A stretch of DNA of 64,000 nucleotides from Mollicutes bacterium (GCA_012799635.1 JAAZKW010000034.1:9930-73929), one strand, 5' to 3'. Counted from the stretch's first letter, positions 52,262-62,051 are shown. Translations and numbers: made by a program. The notes: a model not told the origin generated them from the letters alone.

Positions 52262-53206
52262 ATGGCTAAAAGAAGATATAAACTTAAAAAAAATGTAAAA
52301 ATAGGTCTTATATTATTTGTTTTATTACTAGGAGTATTATACTTATATAATGACTTTAGATATAAATCAACATATGAATATAAACTTACTCAAATAGGAT
52401 ATTCTTTAAAAGAAGTAAAACTTTTAAAAGAAAATTTTAATGAAAATAAACTTGATTATTTGGTTTCAACTCAAAAAAAAGATACTATATTAATAGAGGT
52501 TTTAAAAAATACTTTTTATAAAAAAGAGAATCATGATCGTTATATTGATTATATTAATAAACATAAATATGATACTGATAAAGCAATAAATGAAGTAAAT
52601 ATTAATTTAGATTATCCTTTTTATAGCTTAAATATTAATACCGATATCAATAAAAAAAAGTTAATGATTGTTAATAAATATTATATATTAAATAGTGATT
52701 ATATACCTGAAAACCTTGTTAATGTATCATCTGATTATAGTTGGGGTACTAATAATCAATTAGATAAAGAAGCATTTGAAAACTTTAAAATTATGCATAC
52801 TAATGCTAAAGAAGATGGTATTTATTTAATGATTAATTCTGCTTATAGATCTTATAATGACCAAGAAAAAGTTTATAATCATTTTAAAAATAAGTATAAT
52901 GAAGAAGACGCTGATAAATTAGCAGCTAGACCTGGTTCATCAGAACATCAGACAGGTCTTGCGATTGATGTTTTTTCTACTAAAGATACTACAACAGGAA
53001 AATTTGCTACTTCAGAAACTTATCTATGGCTTAAGAATAATAGTTATAAATATGGCTATATTTTAAGATATCCTGAAGAAAAAGAAAACATAACTGGGTA
53101 TGTCTTTGAATCATGGCACTATCGATATGTAGGTATAAAGGATGCTAAAAAAATATATGATTTAAAAATTACTTTTGATGAATACTATGGAAACTATTTG
53201 TCTTGA
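52262..53206 (+). CDS. M15B D,D-carboxypeptidase (VanY/LdcB family), membrane anchored
   Basis: VNKYY, SAYRSY..Q, ARPGSSEHQTGLAID, YGYILRYP, ESWHYRYVG. Confidence 0.93.
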   Translation: MAKRRYKLKKNVKIGLILFVLLLGVLYLYNDFRYKSTYEYKLTQIGYSLKEVKLLKENFNENKLDYLVSTQKKDTILIEVLKNTFYKKENHDRYIDYINKHKYDTDKAINEVNINLDYPFYSLNINTDINKKKLMIVNKYYILNSDYIPENLVNVSSDYSWGTNNQLDKEAFENFKIMHTNAKEDGIYLMINSAYRSYNDQEKVYNHFKNKYNEEDADKLAARPGSSEHQTGLAIDVFSTKDTTTGKFATSETYLWLKNNSYKYGYILRYPEEKENITGYVFESWHYRYVGIKDAKKIYDLKITFDEYYGNYLS

Positions 53207-53502
53207 TTTGAAATTATATTTAAAAGAATATCAAAATCATCATCATTTGCCATAATATTTCTTTTGATTTCCCCACATTTAACACATTTATAAACTATTT
53301 TATAACTATTTTTGTGTTTATCAATATTTATTGGTTTTAATATGCCATTACAATTATTTTGCCTATCTCCAGGATTATTATCAACATGTTTACCACAAAG
53401 ACAATAAGGACAATGATCCCTTGCAGTATATTTAAGTGACTCAACCTCTTTAAAACATACATCGCATATAAAATCTTCATCAATCATTTTAAATCTTTTC
53501 AT
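53194..53502 (-). CDS. RNHCP-domain zinc-ribbon protein
   Basis: F.C..C, RDHCPYCL..KHVD..PGDR...C.G, C..CG. Confidence 0.9.
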   Translation of the reverse strand: MKRFKMIDEDFICDVCFKEVESLKYTARDHCPYCLCGKHVDNNPGDRQNNCNGILKPINIDKHKNSYKIVYKCVKCGEIKRNIMANDDDFDILLNIISNQDK

Positions 53503-53594
53503 TATATACTATCACCAACTTTACTATAACAAAAATTTTTATAATTTACTAATATATAAAATATGATAAAATGATAATAGAAAGGATAGCTCTT

Positions 53595-54566
53595 ATGGTT
53601 AAAAAGTTAATTATACCTTTTATGTGTTCTTGTTTTTTACTAATTATATCTATTAATTTTAATGCAATTACTGACTATATAACAAAACAGATTGTTAGTC
53701 ACCAAATTGTTACTTTAAAAAATAATATATATTCTAAAAAAGAAGGATTTTTATATGTTCCAATAAGTAACGACATCATTCCATATTCATATAATGATTT
53801 ATTATCCGTTTTATTTTCAATTATTAACTCTGGTACCAAAAAGTTTACCTTTTATTGTCCTTCAGAATATAAAGATTGTATTAATGATTTAGAAAAAATT
53901 AGTAATGATGATATCATTCTTACTCATATAAATAATTTTGTTCATCCATATAATAGTTTTTCATCTTTTAATACAACAATATATGAAACTGGAGAAGTTG
54001 TTATTAAGATAGAACATTTATATAATAAAAAACAAATAAATGCTATTAATAAAAAAGTTAATAAAATTATTAAAGAACAAATAAATGAAGCTTTATCTGA
54101 TTATGATAAAATTAAAAAAATTCATGATTATATTATCAATACAACAAAATATGATGAATCTGCTAAAGAAGATGGTAAAATATATAATCATTCCAATATT
54201 GCTTATGGAGTATTATTTAATAATTTAGCTACTTGTAATGGTTATACCGATACCATGGCTATATTTTTAGATAAAATGGGTTATATCAACTATAAAATTG
54301 CCACAACCCCAAAAGAAATAACTTATAAGTCTTCAGGCCATGTTTGGAACGCAGTATCTGTTAATGATAAATGGTACCATATTGATTTGACTTGGGATGA
54401 TCCAGTTGGAGATGATGGCCAAGAATACTTACTACATGAATATTTTTTAGTTGATAATAAAGGCCTTCTTTCTTCGGATAGTGGCGATGTTAAAATTGAA
54501 GAACATAATTTTTTAAAAAATATTTATTTAGAATTTAATGAACTTACATATTCAATTACATCTTGA
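53595..54566 (+). CDS. Transglutaminase-like (Cys-His-Asp) membrane-anchored protein
   Basis: IHDYII..T.YD, ATCNGY, GHVWNAV, WYHIDLTWDDP. Confidence 0.9.
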   Translation: MVKKLIIPFMCSCFLLIISINFNAITDYITKQIVSHQIVTLKNNIYSKKEGFLYVPISNDIIPYSYNDLLSVLFSIINSGTKKFTFYCPSEYKDCINDLEKISNDDIILTHINNFVHPYNSFSSFNTTIYETGEVVIKIEHLYNKKQINAINKKVNKIIKEQINEALSDYDKIKKIHDYIINTTKYDESAKEDGKIYNHSNIAYGVLFNNLATCNGYTDTMAIFLDKMGYINYKIATTPKEITYKSSGHVWNAVSVNDKWYHIDLTWDDPVGDDGQEYLLHEYFLVDNKGLLSSDSGDVKIEEHNFLKNIYLEFNELTYSITS

Positions 54567-55372
54567 TATAAATTTTTAGATACATCAAACCATTTAATAT
54601 TCATTTGATTATTAAACCATGTATATTGTCTTTTTACATAGTTGCGCGTATGCTTTTTAATTAACTCTTTAGCTTCTTCTAAAGAGATTTCTTTTTCTAA
54701 ATACATAATTAACTCTTTATAACCAATTGCTCTTCTTAATATCTTACTAGTAGGATATTTTTTATATAGCGCTTTTACTTCTTCGAGTAAACCTTCTTTA
54801 AACATTTTATCTACCCGTTGATTACATTTATCATATAATTGTTCTCGGTCCATTTTTAGACCAATAAAGATTACATCATATAATAAATTCTCTGCTTTAA
54901 TAGGTTGATATGGCCTATTTAAAAAATTAATTAGTCTTACCCTATTATTTAAATTAATATCCATATTAGGATCCTTTTTTAAAGCTAAATCATATAATTC
55001 TTTATTTGTAAGATTTTGAAATATTTCAAAAGTACTTATTTTAGGGAATTCATATTCATAAAATAAAGCCTTAATATAAAGACCGGTTCCCCCGCATACA
55101 ATTATATTTTTATCTTTGTTATTATTTAAAATTTTTCTTGCTTCTAATTGATAGTCCATAACACTATATTCTTCATCGGGAGATTTTATATTTATCATAT
55201 GATGCTTTATTTCTTGCATCTGCTTTTTAGTTATTTTAGCACTTCCAATATTTAATTCTTTATAAATTTGAGTTGCATCAGCATTTATAATAAAAGCATT
55301 AAACTTTTTTGCAAGCCTAATACTTAAATCACTTTTACCAACACCAGTAGGACCCACAACACATATTATCAT
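54524..55372 (-). CDS. miaA: tRNA dimethylallyltransferase
   Basis: GPTGVGKS, D..QIYK.LNIGSAK, GGTGLY, AIGYKE, KRQYTWF. Confidence 0.96.
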   Translation of the reverse strand: MIICVVGPTGVGKSDLSIRLAKKFNAFIINADATQIYKELNIGSAKITKKQMQEIKHHMINIKSPDEEYSVMDYQLEARKILNNNKDKNIIVCGGTGLYIKALFYEYEFPKISTFEIFQNLTNKELYDLALKKDPNMDINLNNRVRLINFLNRPYQPIKAENLLYDVIFIGLKMDREQLYDKCNQRVDKMFKEGLLEEVKALYKKYPTSKILRRAIGYKELIMYLEKEISLEEAKELIKKHTRNYVKRQYTWFNNQMNIKWFDVSKNLYQDVIEYVSSLNSK

Positions 55373-55413
55373 TTAATCACTTCATTTCCTTTTTTATTAT
55401 AATATATATCCGT

Positions 55414-55449
55414 TTGACAAACAACTTTATTTTTTGGTATATTAATTTT
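55414..55449 (+). promoter_or_regulatory. Sigma-A promoter of tmcAL, probably leaderless
   Basis: TTGACA (55414-19), 18 bp, TG-n-TATATT (55438-43), 6 nt, ATG 55450; no SD. Confidence 0.65.
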
Positions 55450-56550
55450 ATGGAAAAAATAGGTATTATTTGTGAATATAATCCTTTTCATAATGGACAT
55501 TTACATCATATTAAAATGATTAAAAAAATGTATCCAAACGATATAATCATTTTGATTTTAAATGGTTATTTTTTACAAAGAGGAGAAATATCCATTTTAA
55601 ATAAAGAAGATAAAACTAAAATAGCTTTACAAAATAAGGTTGATCTTGTTGTTGAACTTCCAGTACTTTATGGAACCCAAAGTGCTGATAATTTTGCTTA
55701 TTATAGTATATTTATATTAAATGAACTTAAAATTGATAAACTAGTGTTTGGTAGTGAAACAAATGATGTTAATAATTTAAAAATAATAGCTGCCGAAGTA
55801 GAAAAAAGTAAATATAAAAATAAAATAAAATCCTATTTAAAAAAAGGATATAGTTATCCAGCTTCACTTAGTAAAGCATTAGGTCAAAATATTATTTATG
55901 GCCCAAATGATATTTTAGGTATATCGTATATTAAAGCTATTAATAAAATTAATAATAAAATTGAAGTAATAAGTATCAAAAGAACTAGTGATTATCTAGA
56001 TACATTAAGTGATGATAAGATAATTAGTGCTTCAAATATTAGAGAAAAACTTAAAAATAATATTGATATTAATACGTATTTACCAAAATCATCGTTAAAG
56101 GCAATTAAAAATATTGATTATGATTTATACTTTGATATCTTAAAGACAATTATTATTACCAACAATAATCTTCATGATATTTTAGATGTTGATGAAGGAA
56201 TAGAAAAACTTCTTAAAAAGGAAGTTGTTAAAGCAAATAACATTGATGATTTTATTCAAAGAGTTAAAACTAAAAGATATACCTATAATAAGATTAATCG
56301 AATGTTAGTTCACATTCTTCTTAATATTAAAAAAAGTGATACAAAATTAAAACCAAATTATATTAAAATTCTGGGATTTAATGATAAGGGTCAAAAACAT
56401 TTAAATGAAGCTAAAAAGAATATTAATCTAAAACTAAAAGTTATTAAAAATGATCCTTTATACCATTTAGAACTAAGAGCGGCAATTATATATGATTTAT
56501 TAACAAATGATACTTCATATAAAAAAGAGTTAGAAGCAAAACCTTTCTAA
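55450..56550 (+). CDS. tmcAL: tRNA(Met) cytidine acetate ligase
   Basis: GIICEYNPFHNGH, F.QRGE, VVELP, FGSE, PNDILG..Y, SAS.IR, KTKRYT. Confidence 0.92.
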   Translation: MEKIGIICEYNPFHNGHLHHIKMIKKMYPNDIIILILNGYFLQRGEISILNKEDKTKIALQNKVDLVVELPVLYGTQSADNFAYYSIFILNELKIDKLVFGSETNDVNNLKIIAAEVEKSKYKNKIKSYLKKGYSYPASLSKALGQNIIYGPNDILGISYIKAINKINNKIEVISIKRTSDYLDTLSDDKIISASNIREKLKNNIDINTYLPKSSLKAIKNIDYDLYFDILKTIIITNNNLHDILDVDEGIEKLLKKEVVKANNIDDFIQRVKTKRYTYNKINRMLVHILLNIKKSDTKLKPNYIKILGFNDKGQKHLNEAKKNINLKLKVIKNDPLYHLELRAAIIYDLLTNDTSYKKELEAKPF

Positions 56551-56556
56551 CTCTTT
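56524..56556. terminator. Probable bidirectional terminator
   Basis: Arms aaagagttagaa / ttctaactcttt. Confidence 0.65.
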
Positions 56557-57397
56557 ATTTAGTTTTAGTTGCTAAGTTATCTAATTCATATGAATTTTTA
56601 AGTTCTTCTAAAAAAAGCATTTCTTTTTCTAATTTAGAATTATTAGTAGTGTGCTGTGAAGATCCTTTCGTTGAATTATTTTCTCCCAGTAATGAACCAA
56701 AAGGAATCTCAGTAATATCAATGTTTATTAATCTTGAAGAACTTAATTTTATTATTAATTTTTCTAATTCATTTAAGCTTTCTTGACTAAACTTACTTCC
56801 TTGATACATTCTGATAAAAATTAATTGATATAAAATCGTTCCCCACGAACTATATAAATATCCTAAATGTTCTGTCGGTCTTTTTTTAAAGCTATATAGA
56901 CTTTCGGCAGAAAATTGTTTTTGATTAATTTTTTCATCAATTTCTTGCCAATTATGTTCCAATATAAGTTGTTGCAATTCTTCATTATTATGCATTTCAT
57001 TTTGATATGCTTCTTCAGGAAAAATAATTTTTTCTTTTGCAAAAATACTATTAATATCAAAGCCTTCCCTTATTTTTTTAGCATTTTTATCTGGTGTCGT
57101 TAAATCTATTTGATGGATGATATCATCGGCAATAACTCTAAGGCACTTTAACTTTAGCTTTTCATTTGCCAAAGATTGACAAAATTTTAATTCCACCACA
57201 TACATCCCACCATTATGAAGTATTTTTCTGTAAAAATTTATCTCCTCTTCTCTTATAATAGTTTCTGTTTCTGTCTTAATAAAGTTTTGAGTGTACCCAT
57301 CAGCAACAATTCTTTCTGATTCTTTATAATAATTTAAAAATTTTTTTATAACTTCATATTCATCATCAGAAATTGTATAACTATAATTACCCTCCAT
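56555..57397 (-). CDS. Orphan hypothetical protein
   Basis: 280-aa ORF with strong AAGGAGG RBS; no signal peptide; ends LEELKNSYELDNLATKTK. Confidence 0.75.
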   Translation of the reverse strand: MEGNYSYTISDDEYEVIKKFLNYYKESERIVADGYTQNFIKTETETIIREEEINFYRKILHNGGMYVVELKFCQSLANEKLKLKCLRVIADDIIHQIDLTTPDKNAKKIREGFDINSIFAKEKIIFPEEAYQNEMHNNEELQQLILEHNWQEIDEKINQKQFSAESLYSFKKRPTEHLGYLYSSWGTILYQLIFIRMYQGSKFSQESLNELEKLIIKLSSSRLINIDITEIPFGSLLGENNSTKGSSQHTTNNSKLEKEMLFLEELKNSYELDNLATKTK

Positions 57398-57448
57398 ATT
57401 AATCCTCCTTTAAATAAGATTTAACTATTTACAGTAATTTATTTCTTT

Positions 57449-57525
57449 TGGTGTCCTTGAAGGGATTCGAACCCCTGGCCTTTTGCACCGGAGGCAAACG
57501 CTCTATCCAGCTGAGCTACAAGGAC
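57449..57525 (-). tRNA. tRNA-Arg (CCG)
   Basis: GTCCTTG acceptor stem, TAGCTCAGCTGGATAGAGC D arm, TTTGC-CTCCGGT-GCAAA anticodon arm, GTTCGAATCC T arm, encoded CCA. Confidence 0.97.
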
Positions 57526-57535
57526 AAAAAGATAA

Positions 57536-58642
57536 TTAAAACAATTTAATTATATCACTGATAGTAACAACAGCCATTAATAACATTATTAATGCAAAAC
57601 CAATTATATGTGCCATGCTTTCTATCCTAGAATCTAAAGGTTTTCCTATTATTTTTTCAATAATTAAAAATAAAATATGTCCACCATCAAATGCTGGAAA
57701 TGGTAATATATTAATAAAACCAACATTAATTGATAAGAAGGCTATAAGATATAAAACATACTTTATACCTTCTACAAAAGAATATTTAACAGTTTGTCCT
57801 ACTACTTCAAAAATACCAATGGGACCTGATAAAGCTGAAATAGATACTTTTCCTGATATTAATCCCCAAATTGTATAACACATTGAATCGATTAAAGCCC
57901 CAAATTTTTGAAAACCATACTTAATTGATTTTAAAAAGCCCTTAGTATCACTTGGTTTAATACTTATACCAATTATTTTCCTTTCTATTCCATTTTCATC
58001 TTTAATTTTTTCCGGTTTAATTTTATAAATATCCACAGTTTCATCTGAATGTTCTACCTTAAAAGTATGATAATTTTTTTTGTTTTTATAATACAAAATT
58101 ATCTGAGCTTTATCCCAATTACTAACCTTATAACCATTAATTTCTTTTATTAAATCACCTTTCTTAATATTAGCTTTAGCAGCAGGTGATCCTTCTAAGA
58201 CTTCTTCAACTACAGGCTTAATAGCAGTTCCAGGTGAAATATTTGCAAGAAAACTTATTATTATAATAGCAAGTATAAAGTTATTAATAACTCCCGATGC
58301 CAAAATAATAATTCTTTGCCACCAAGGTCGATTACACATAAGTCTTTCTTTAGGAACTTTTTTATCATCGTCATACACTTCACCAGCCATAGAAACAAAT
58401 CCACCAATTGGTATAACTCTAATATTATAAGTTATTCCATCTTTACCTTTACGAGTATAAATAATTGGACCCATACCAATAGAAAATTCATATATATATA
58501 CATTAAATTTCTTAGCCCATAAAAAATGGCCAAGTTCATGAACTAAAATAATAACTCCCAAAACAAAAGTCAATATAATAAATTTAAGTAAAAAAGTTCC
58601 AACATTTGCAAATGAACTTGTTAATAATAAATGTAACAACAT
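57536..58642 (-). CDS. rseP: RIP metalloprotease RseP/RasP
   Basis: HELGH, FSIGMGP, P.GGFV.M, PDZ domain, NILPFPAFDGG. Confidence 0.95.
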   Translation of the reverse strand: MLLHLLLTSSFANVGTFLLKFIILTFVLGVIILVHELGHFLWAKKFNVYIYEFSIGMGPIIYTRKGKDGITYNIRVIPIGGFVSMAGEVYDDDKKVPKERLMCNRPWWQRIIILASGVINNFILAIIIISFLANISPGTAIKPVVEEVLEGSPAAKANIKKGDLIKEINGYKVSNWDKAQIILYYKNKKNYHTFKVEHSDETVDIYKIKPEKIKDENGIERKIIGISIKPSDTKGFLKSIKYGFQKFGALIDSMCYTIWGLISGKVSISALSGPIGIFEVVGQTVKYSFVEGIKYVLYLIAFLSINVGFINILPFPAFDGGHILFLIIEKIIGKPLDSRIESMAHIIGFALIMLLMAVVTISDIIKLF

Positions 58643-58652
58643 GTTTCCTCCT

Positions 58653-59444
58653 TTATAAGAATATTAATTTTAATACAACATACATAATTGAAACGAAAAG
58701 AACACTATCTATTCGGTCTAAAACGCCACCATGGCCAGGCATAATATTTGAAAAATCTTTAATATCATTTTCACGTTTCATCTTACTAAAAATTAAATCT
58801 CCTATTTGACCTATAACCGAAAGAATAATTGTCGCAATAACAAGTTTTAATGAAACATTACCAACTACTACTTTATAAAACAAAAGGGGTATAATCACTC
58901 CAAATATAGTTCCTCCAATTGCTCCTTCAAAGGTTTTACGAGGACTTATTTTAGGACACAATTTGTTTTTTCCAAAATATTTACCAGTAATCATTGCTGC
59001 TGTATCTGTAATGATGGGAATTAATATTAAAAAGATAAAAATCCCTAAACTAATATTTCTTGCAAAAATTAAAGAATTAAAACCCATACCTAAAAAAATT
59101 GTTGCGCCATATAAATACATAGCATCTGAAGTTTTATAAACATCATTTTTATACACTATCGTAGGAATAAATAAAGATAAAAATAAGCCTATTAAAATAA
59201 TGCTTGTAAGACCATATATATAATCACTATTAAAGTTATTATATGTTATAAAAAGTAATCCTGTCATTGAAAAAAGACATGGAATAAATGGAAGCATCTG
59301 ATGATGTTTTTTTAAATCAATTATCTCTTTAAAACCTAATATAGCAATAATACCTATAATAAAAGCATATATTGCTCCTCCAAAATATATAAACGGAATT
59401 AATATTGCGATTACAACAAATGCACTTATTACTCTAATTTTCAT
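58653..59444 (-). CDS. cdsA: Phosphatidate cytidylyltransferase
   Basis: DT.A...GK.FG..KL.P.ISP.KT.EG, GDL..S..KR...IKDF...PGHGG.LDR.DS. Confidence 0.95.
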   Translation of the reverse strand: MKIRVISAFVVIAILIPFIYFGGAIYAFIIGIIAILGFKEIIDLKKHHQMLPFIPCLFSMTGLLFITYNNFNSDYIYGLTSIILIGLFLSLFIPTIVYKNDVYKTSDAMYLYGATIFLGMGFNSLIFARNISLGIFIFLILIPIITDTAAMITGKYFGKNKLCPKISPRKTFEGAIGGTIFGVIIPLLFYKVVVGNVSLKLVIATIILSVIGQIGDLIFSKMKRENDIKDFSNIMPGHGGVLDRIDSVLFVSIMYVVLKLIFL

Positions 59445-59454
59445 TTTTACCTCT

Positions 59455-59880
59455 TCATAATTTATCATCAAAGTTGTTGACATCATCTACGTGAGATTCA
59501 ACTAATGCAATAAATCTTCTTTTATAACTAGCAACCTTTCTTTTTAAATCCTCTGCTTCACTTTCAATGTTTCCAGCTTTAACTAATGAATTATTAAGTA
59601 TTTTTGAGGCATTTCTTTTAGCTTCTTCGATAATTAGTTTTCCTTCGTTAATCGCAGCTCTTTGAGCATTAGCAGTAGCTTCTTGAGCAACTAAAAGAGT
59701 ATCATTTAATGATTTTTCTAAATTCTTATATTTTAAAAGATCATTTTTTAGATATTCTGCTTCTTTGGTACTATATTTTAATTTCTGTAAAATCTCATCA
59801 TACTCCTTTATTACAAGGGCGACAAAATCATTTACATCCTTTTTATTATAGCCTGAAAAACTAGTTCGAAACTTTTTCAT
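59455..59880 (-). CDS. divIVA: DivIVA-domain protein
   Basis: F.....GY...DV.DF, L..TL.VAQ, coiled coil; follows sepF. Confidence 0.88.
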   Translation of the reverse strand: MKKFRTSFSGYNKKDVNDFVALVIKEYDEILQKLKYSTKEAEYLKNDLLKYKNLEKSLNDTLLVAQEATANAQRAAINEGKLIIEEAKRNASKILNNSLVKAGNIESEAEDLKRKVASYKRRFIALVESHVDDVNNFDDKL

Positions 59881-59887
59881 TAGCCTC

Positions 59888-60301
59888 CTACAATTCTAAT
59901 TCATCATCACTTTCTTTATTTGAAATACTATCTGTGTCTTCTGATATTTTGCCTTGAACATTAAAGTTTTTCGGAGTACATAAATAAATACCAACCCCAA
60001 TTTTTTGCATCTCTCCTCCGATTGAATAAACACATCCACTTAAAAAATCAATAATTCTTTTAGCTTGTTCAGAAGTTACTCTCTTTAAATTAACAACAAC
60101 CCCATTACGACTTTTTAAATGATCAGCAATTTGCTGCGATTCAGAATAGGCTCTTGGTTCAAGAAGAATCATTTTGCTTCCTTTTTTATCGGTATCTTTT
60201 TCATATTCATCTTTACTAATTGAGTAAAAATCCTCTTCAATTTCATCTAGATTATCAGTTTTATCTTTGCCACCAAAAAACCCTTTAATACTAAAACCCA
60301 T
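59888..60301 (-). CDS. sepF: Cell division protein SepF
   Basis: EPRAYSESQQIADHLK, VVVNL, AKRIIDFLSG.VY...G. Confidence 0.94.
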   Translation of the reverse strand: MGFSIKGFFGGKDKTDNLDEIEEDFYSISKDEYEKDTDKKGSKMILLEPRAYSESQQIADHLKSRNGVVVNLKRVTSEQAKRIIDFLSGCVYSIGGEMQKIGVGIYLCTPKNFNVQGKISEDTDSISNKESDDELEL

Positions 60302-60479
60302 ATTATCCTCCTAGCATTCACAAATATATTTTAACAAAAAATTAGTGTATATGCAAGAAATTAATACATAATTATGCCCTATTTTTAAGCATTTTCGTTT
60401 GACTATTAACATGTTAAATGCTAGTATAGATAGCAACTATTTTAAATAAAGCCTACTACTTAAAGGAGATGTAATAACT

Positions 60480-61595
60480 ATGAAAAAATTATTATCAAAG
60501 ATAAAATTAATTCAAGAATTATTAAAAGATTTATATGAACTAAGAAGATTAAACAATATCGAAAGTCCCGAACAAATTTTTTCGGTTGATTATGATCATC
60601 AACGATTATTATATTTATTGAACTTTTTAGGAATTAAACTTAACTTATCATCTCCTATTGATGAGGAAACAATTACAAATATTTTAAATTGTTTAAAAGA
60701 AGACTTTTACAAATTTGATATAATGTGGATAATGATGGTTTGCGTTTCAAATATTTACGCTAATAAGATAATAACTTTTGCAAATGAAGCTAACGGTAAT
60801 ATAAACATTGATTATTTTGATAACCTAAAATGTAAAGGTGATTATAATTCTTACGAACAATTATTTTATGAATTTATAGAAAGTCTTGGCAAAGAGATCT
60901 CTGATTTATATTATGATTTGTTAAAAAACAACCATATCCAATATATTAAAACAATCTCTGGTGGAAAACATATAAAAACTTTTGTTAATAATAAAAAGGT
61001 TATTTTGTTAAGAAAAAGGCTATCTCCTTCGGTAAATTTTCTTATTCTTTCTCATGAATTAGGACACGCATGGGATTCAAAAATCAGAAATAAAGATGTT
61101 TTTTCTTTTTATATAGGTGACTTATTTAGGGAGTTTCCTAGCGAATTATTTAGTGCGATGTTTATAAAGTTTTTAGAAAATCATTTCCCTAATGATGCTA
61201 AAGAATTAAAAGATGAGGAATTAGGAAGATTTTTTTACCTTTCCCTTCAAATTAACATTATTTACGAAATAATAATAAATCGTAATACCCTTGTTAATGA
61301 TACGATAGATACCTTAGTTAAAGAAACTAATAAACATTTTGAAAGTAATTATCCTGAAATAGCAAAAAAAGCAGAATCTTTTGAAAAATCTAGTTTATAT
61401 TATTTTTTGGGCATGCTACTTTCTAATGAATTAATTTGGCAATATGATGATTTTTCTACAATTTTAGAAATTGCTAAAAAATTTTTAAGAACAACAACTT
61501 TTAAAGATAAAAAAACAATATTAAAAGAAAATAATCTTATGAGTTTTGAATTACCTAGTTTAGAAGAAGCTTTCAAAAGAGCAAGGACAAATTAA
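60480..61595 (+). CDS. Orphan zinc metalloprotease-like protein (M3/gluzincin-like motif)
   Basis: LSHELGHAW then FREFPSELF as third ligand; AAGGAG RBS; no signal peptide. Confidence 0.7.
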   Translation: MKKLLSKIKLIQELLKDLYELRRLNNIESPEQIFSVDYDHQRLLYLLNFLGIKLNLSSPIDEETITNILNCLKEDFYKFDIMWIMMVCVSNIYANKIITFANEANGNINIDYFDNLKCKGDYNSYEQLFYEFIESLGKEISDLYYDLLKNNHIQYIKTISGGKHIKTFVNNKKVILLRKRLSPSVNFLILSHELGHAWDSKIRNKDVFSFYIGDLFREFPSELFSAMFIKFLENHFPNDAKELKDEELGRFFYLSLQINIIYEIIINRNTLVNDTIDTLVKETNKHFESNYPEIAKKAESFEKSSLYYFLGMLLSNELIWQYDDFSTILEIAKKFLRTTTFKDKKTILKENNLMSFELPSLEEAFKRARTN

Positions 61596-61602
61596 AACAA
61601 CA

Positions 61603-61630
61603 AAAAACTTGAAATCGCTTTCAAGTTTTT
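61603..61630. terminator. Bidirectional terminator
   Basis: Arms aaaaacttgaaa / tttcaagttttt with 4-nt loop between convergent genes. Confidence 0.75.
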
Positions 61631-62051
61631 ATTCTTTATGTTTAAGCATATTTAATAAATCAATTTTAAACATATCTTTTGAAGCATTTTCTTTTGAAAT
61701 TATTATTCCTTTATATGTTGTAAGTTCGCTTCTGTGGCCTTCAAGTAAGATACTTTCTGGAGTAATTGTTTCAAGAATAACTATATTCTCTTTTAGGTGA
61801 ACAGTATATATCAACTTAACTTCACCGTGTATTTGAGTAAATATCCTATCTGAAGGAAGTTTTAACTCATAAGTCTCAGTATCATTCTTTTTATCTGAAG
61901 ATACCATTTCACCAACAAAGTTTCCTCTTCTTAAGTCTTTGTAATAATCAAAGTTTAATTTCTTAAAAGCTATCTTATTATACTTCTTTAAAGACCTTTC
62001 TAACTTTCTATATTCGTTTTCATTAATGTAGTCAAGGACAAAACCTTTCAT
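61629..62051 (-). CDS. Hypothetical protein (weakly RelE/ParE-like)
   Basis: ATG 62051 behind GGGGTAGAGGGA; KLIYTV...NIVILE...EGHR segment. Confidence 0.7.
   Translation of the reverse strand: MKGFVLDYINENEYRKLERSLKKYNKIAFKKLNFDYYKDLRRGNFVGEMVSSDKKNDTETYELKLPSDRIFTQIHGEVKLIYTVHLKENIVILETITPESILLEGHRSELTTYKGIIISKENASKDMFKIDLLNMLKHKE

Noticed and set aside
52262..53206. Vancomycin resistance (vanY)
   Set aside because: No vanHAX or vanRS nearby; M15B carboxypeptidases are common housekeeping wall enzymes
56555..57525. Genomic island integrated at tRNA-Arg
   Set aside because: Only one orphan gene lies at the tRNA 3' end; I saw no integrase and no duplicated tRNA 3' end
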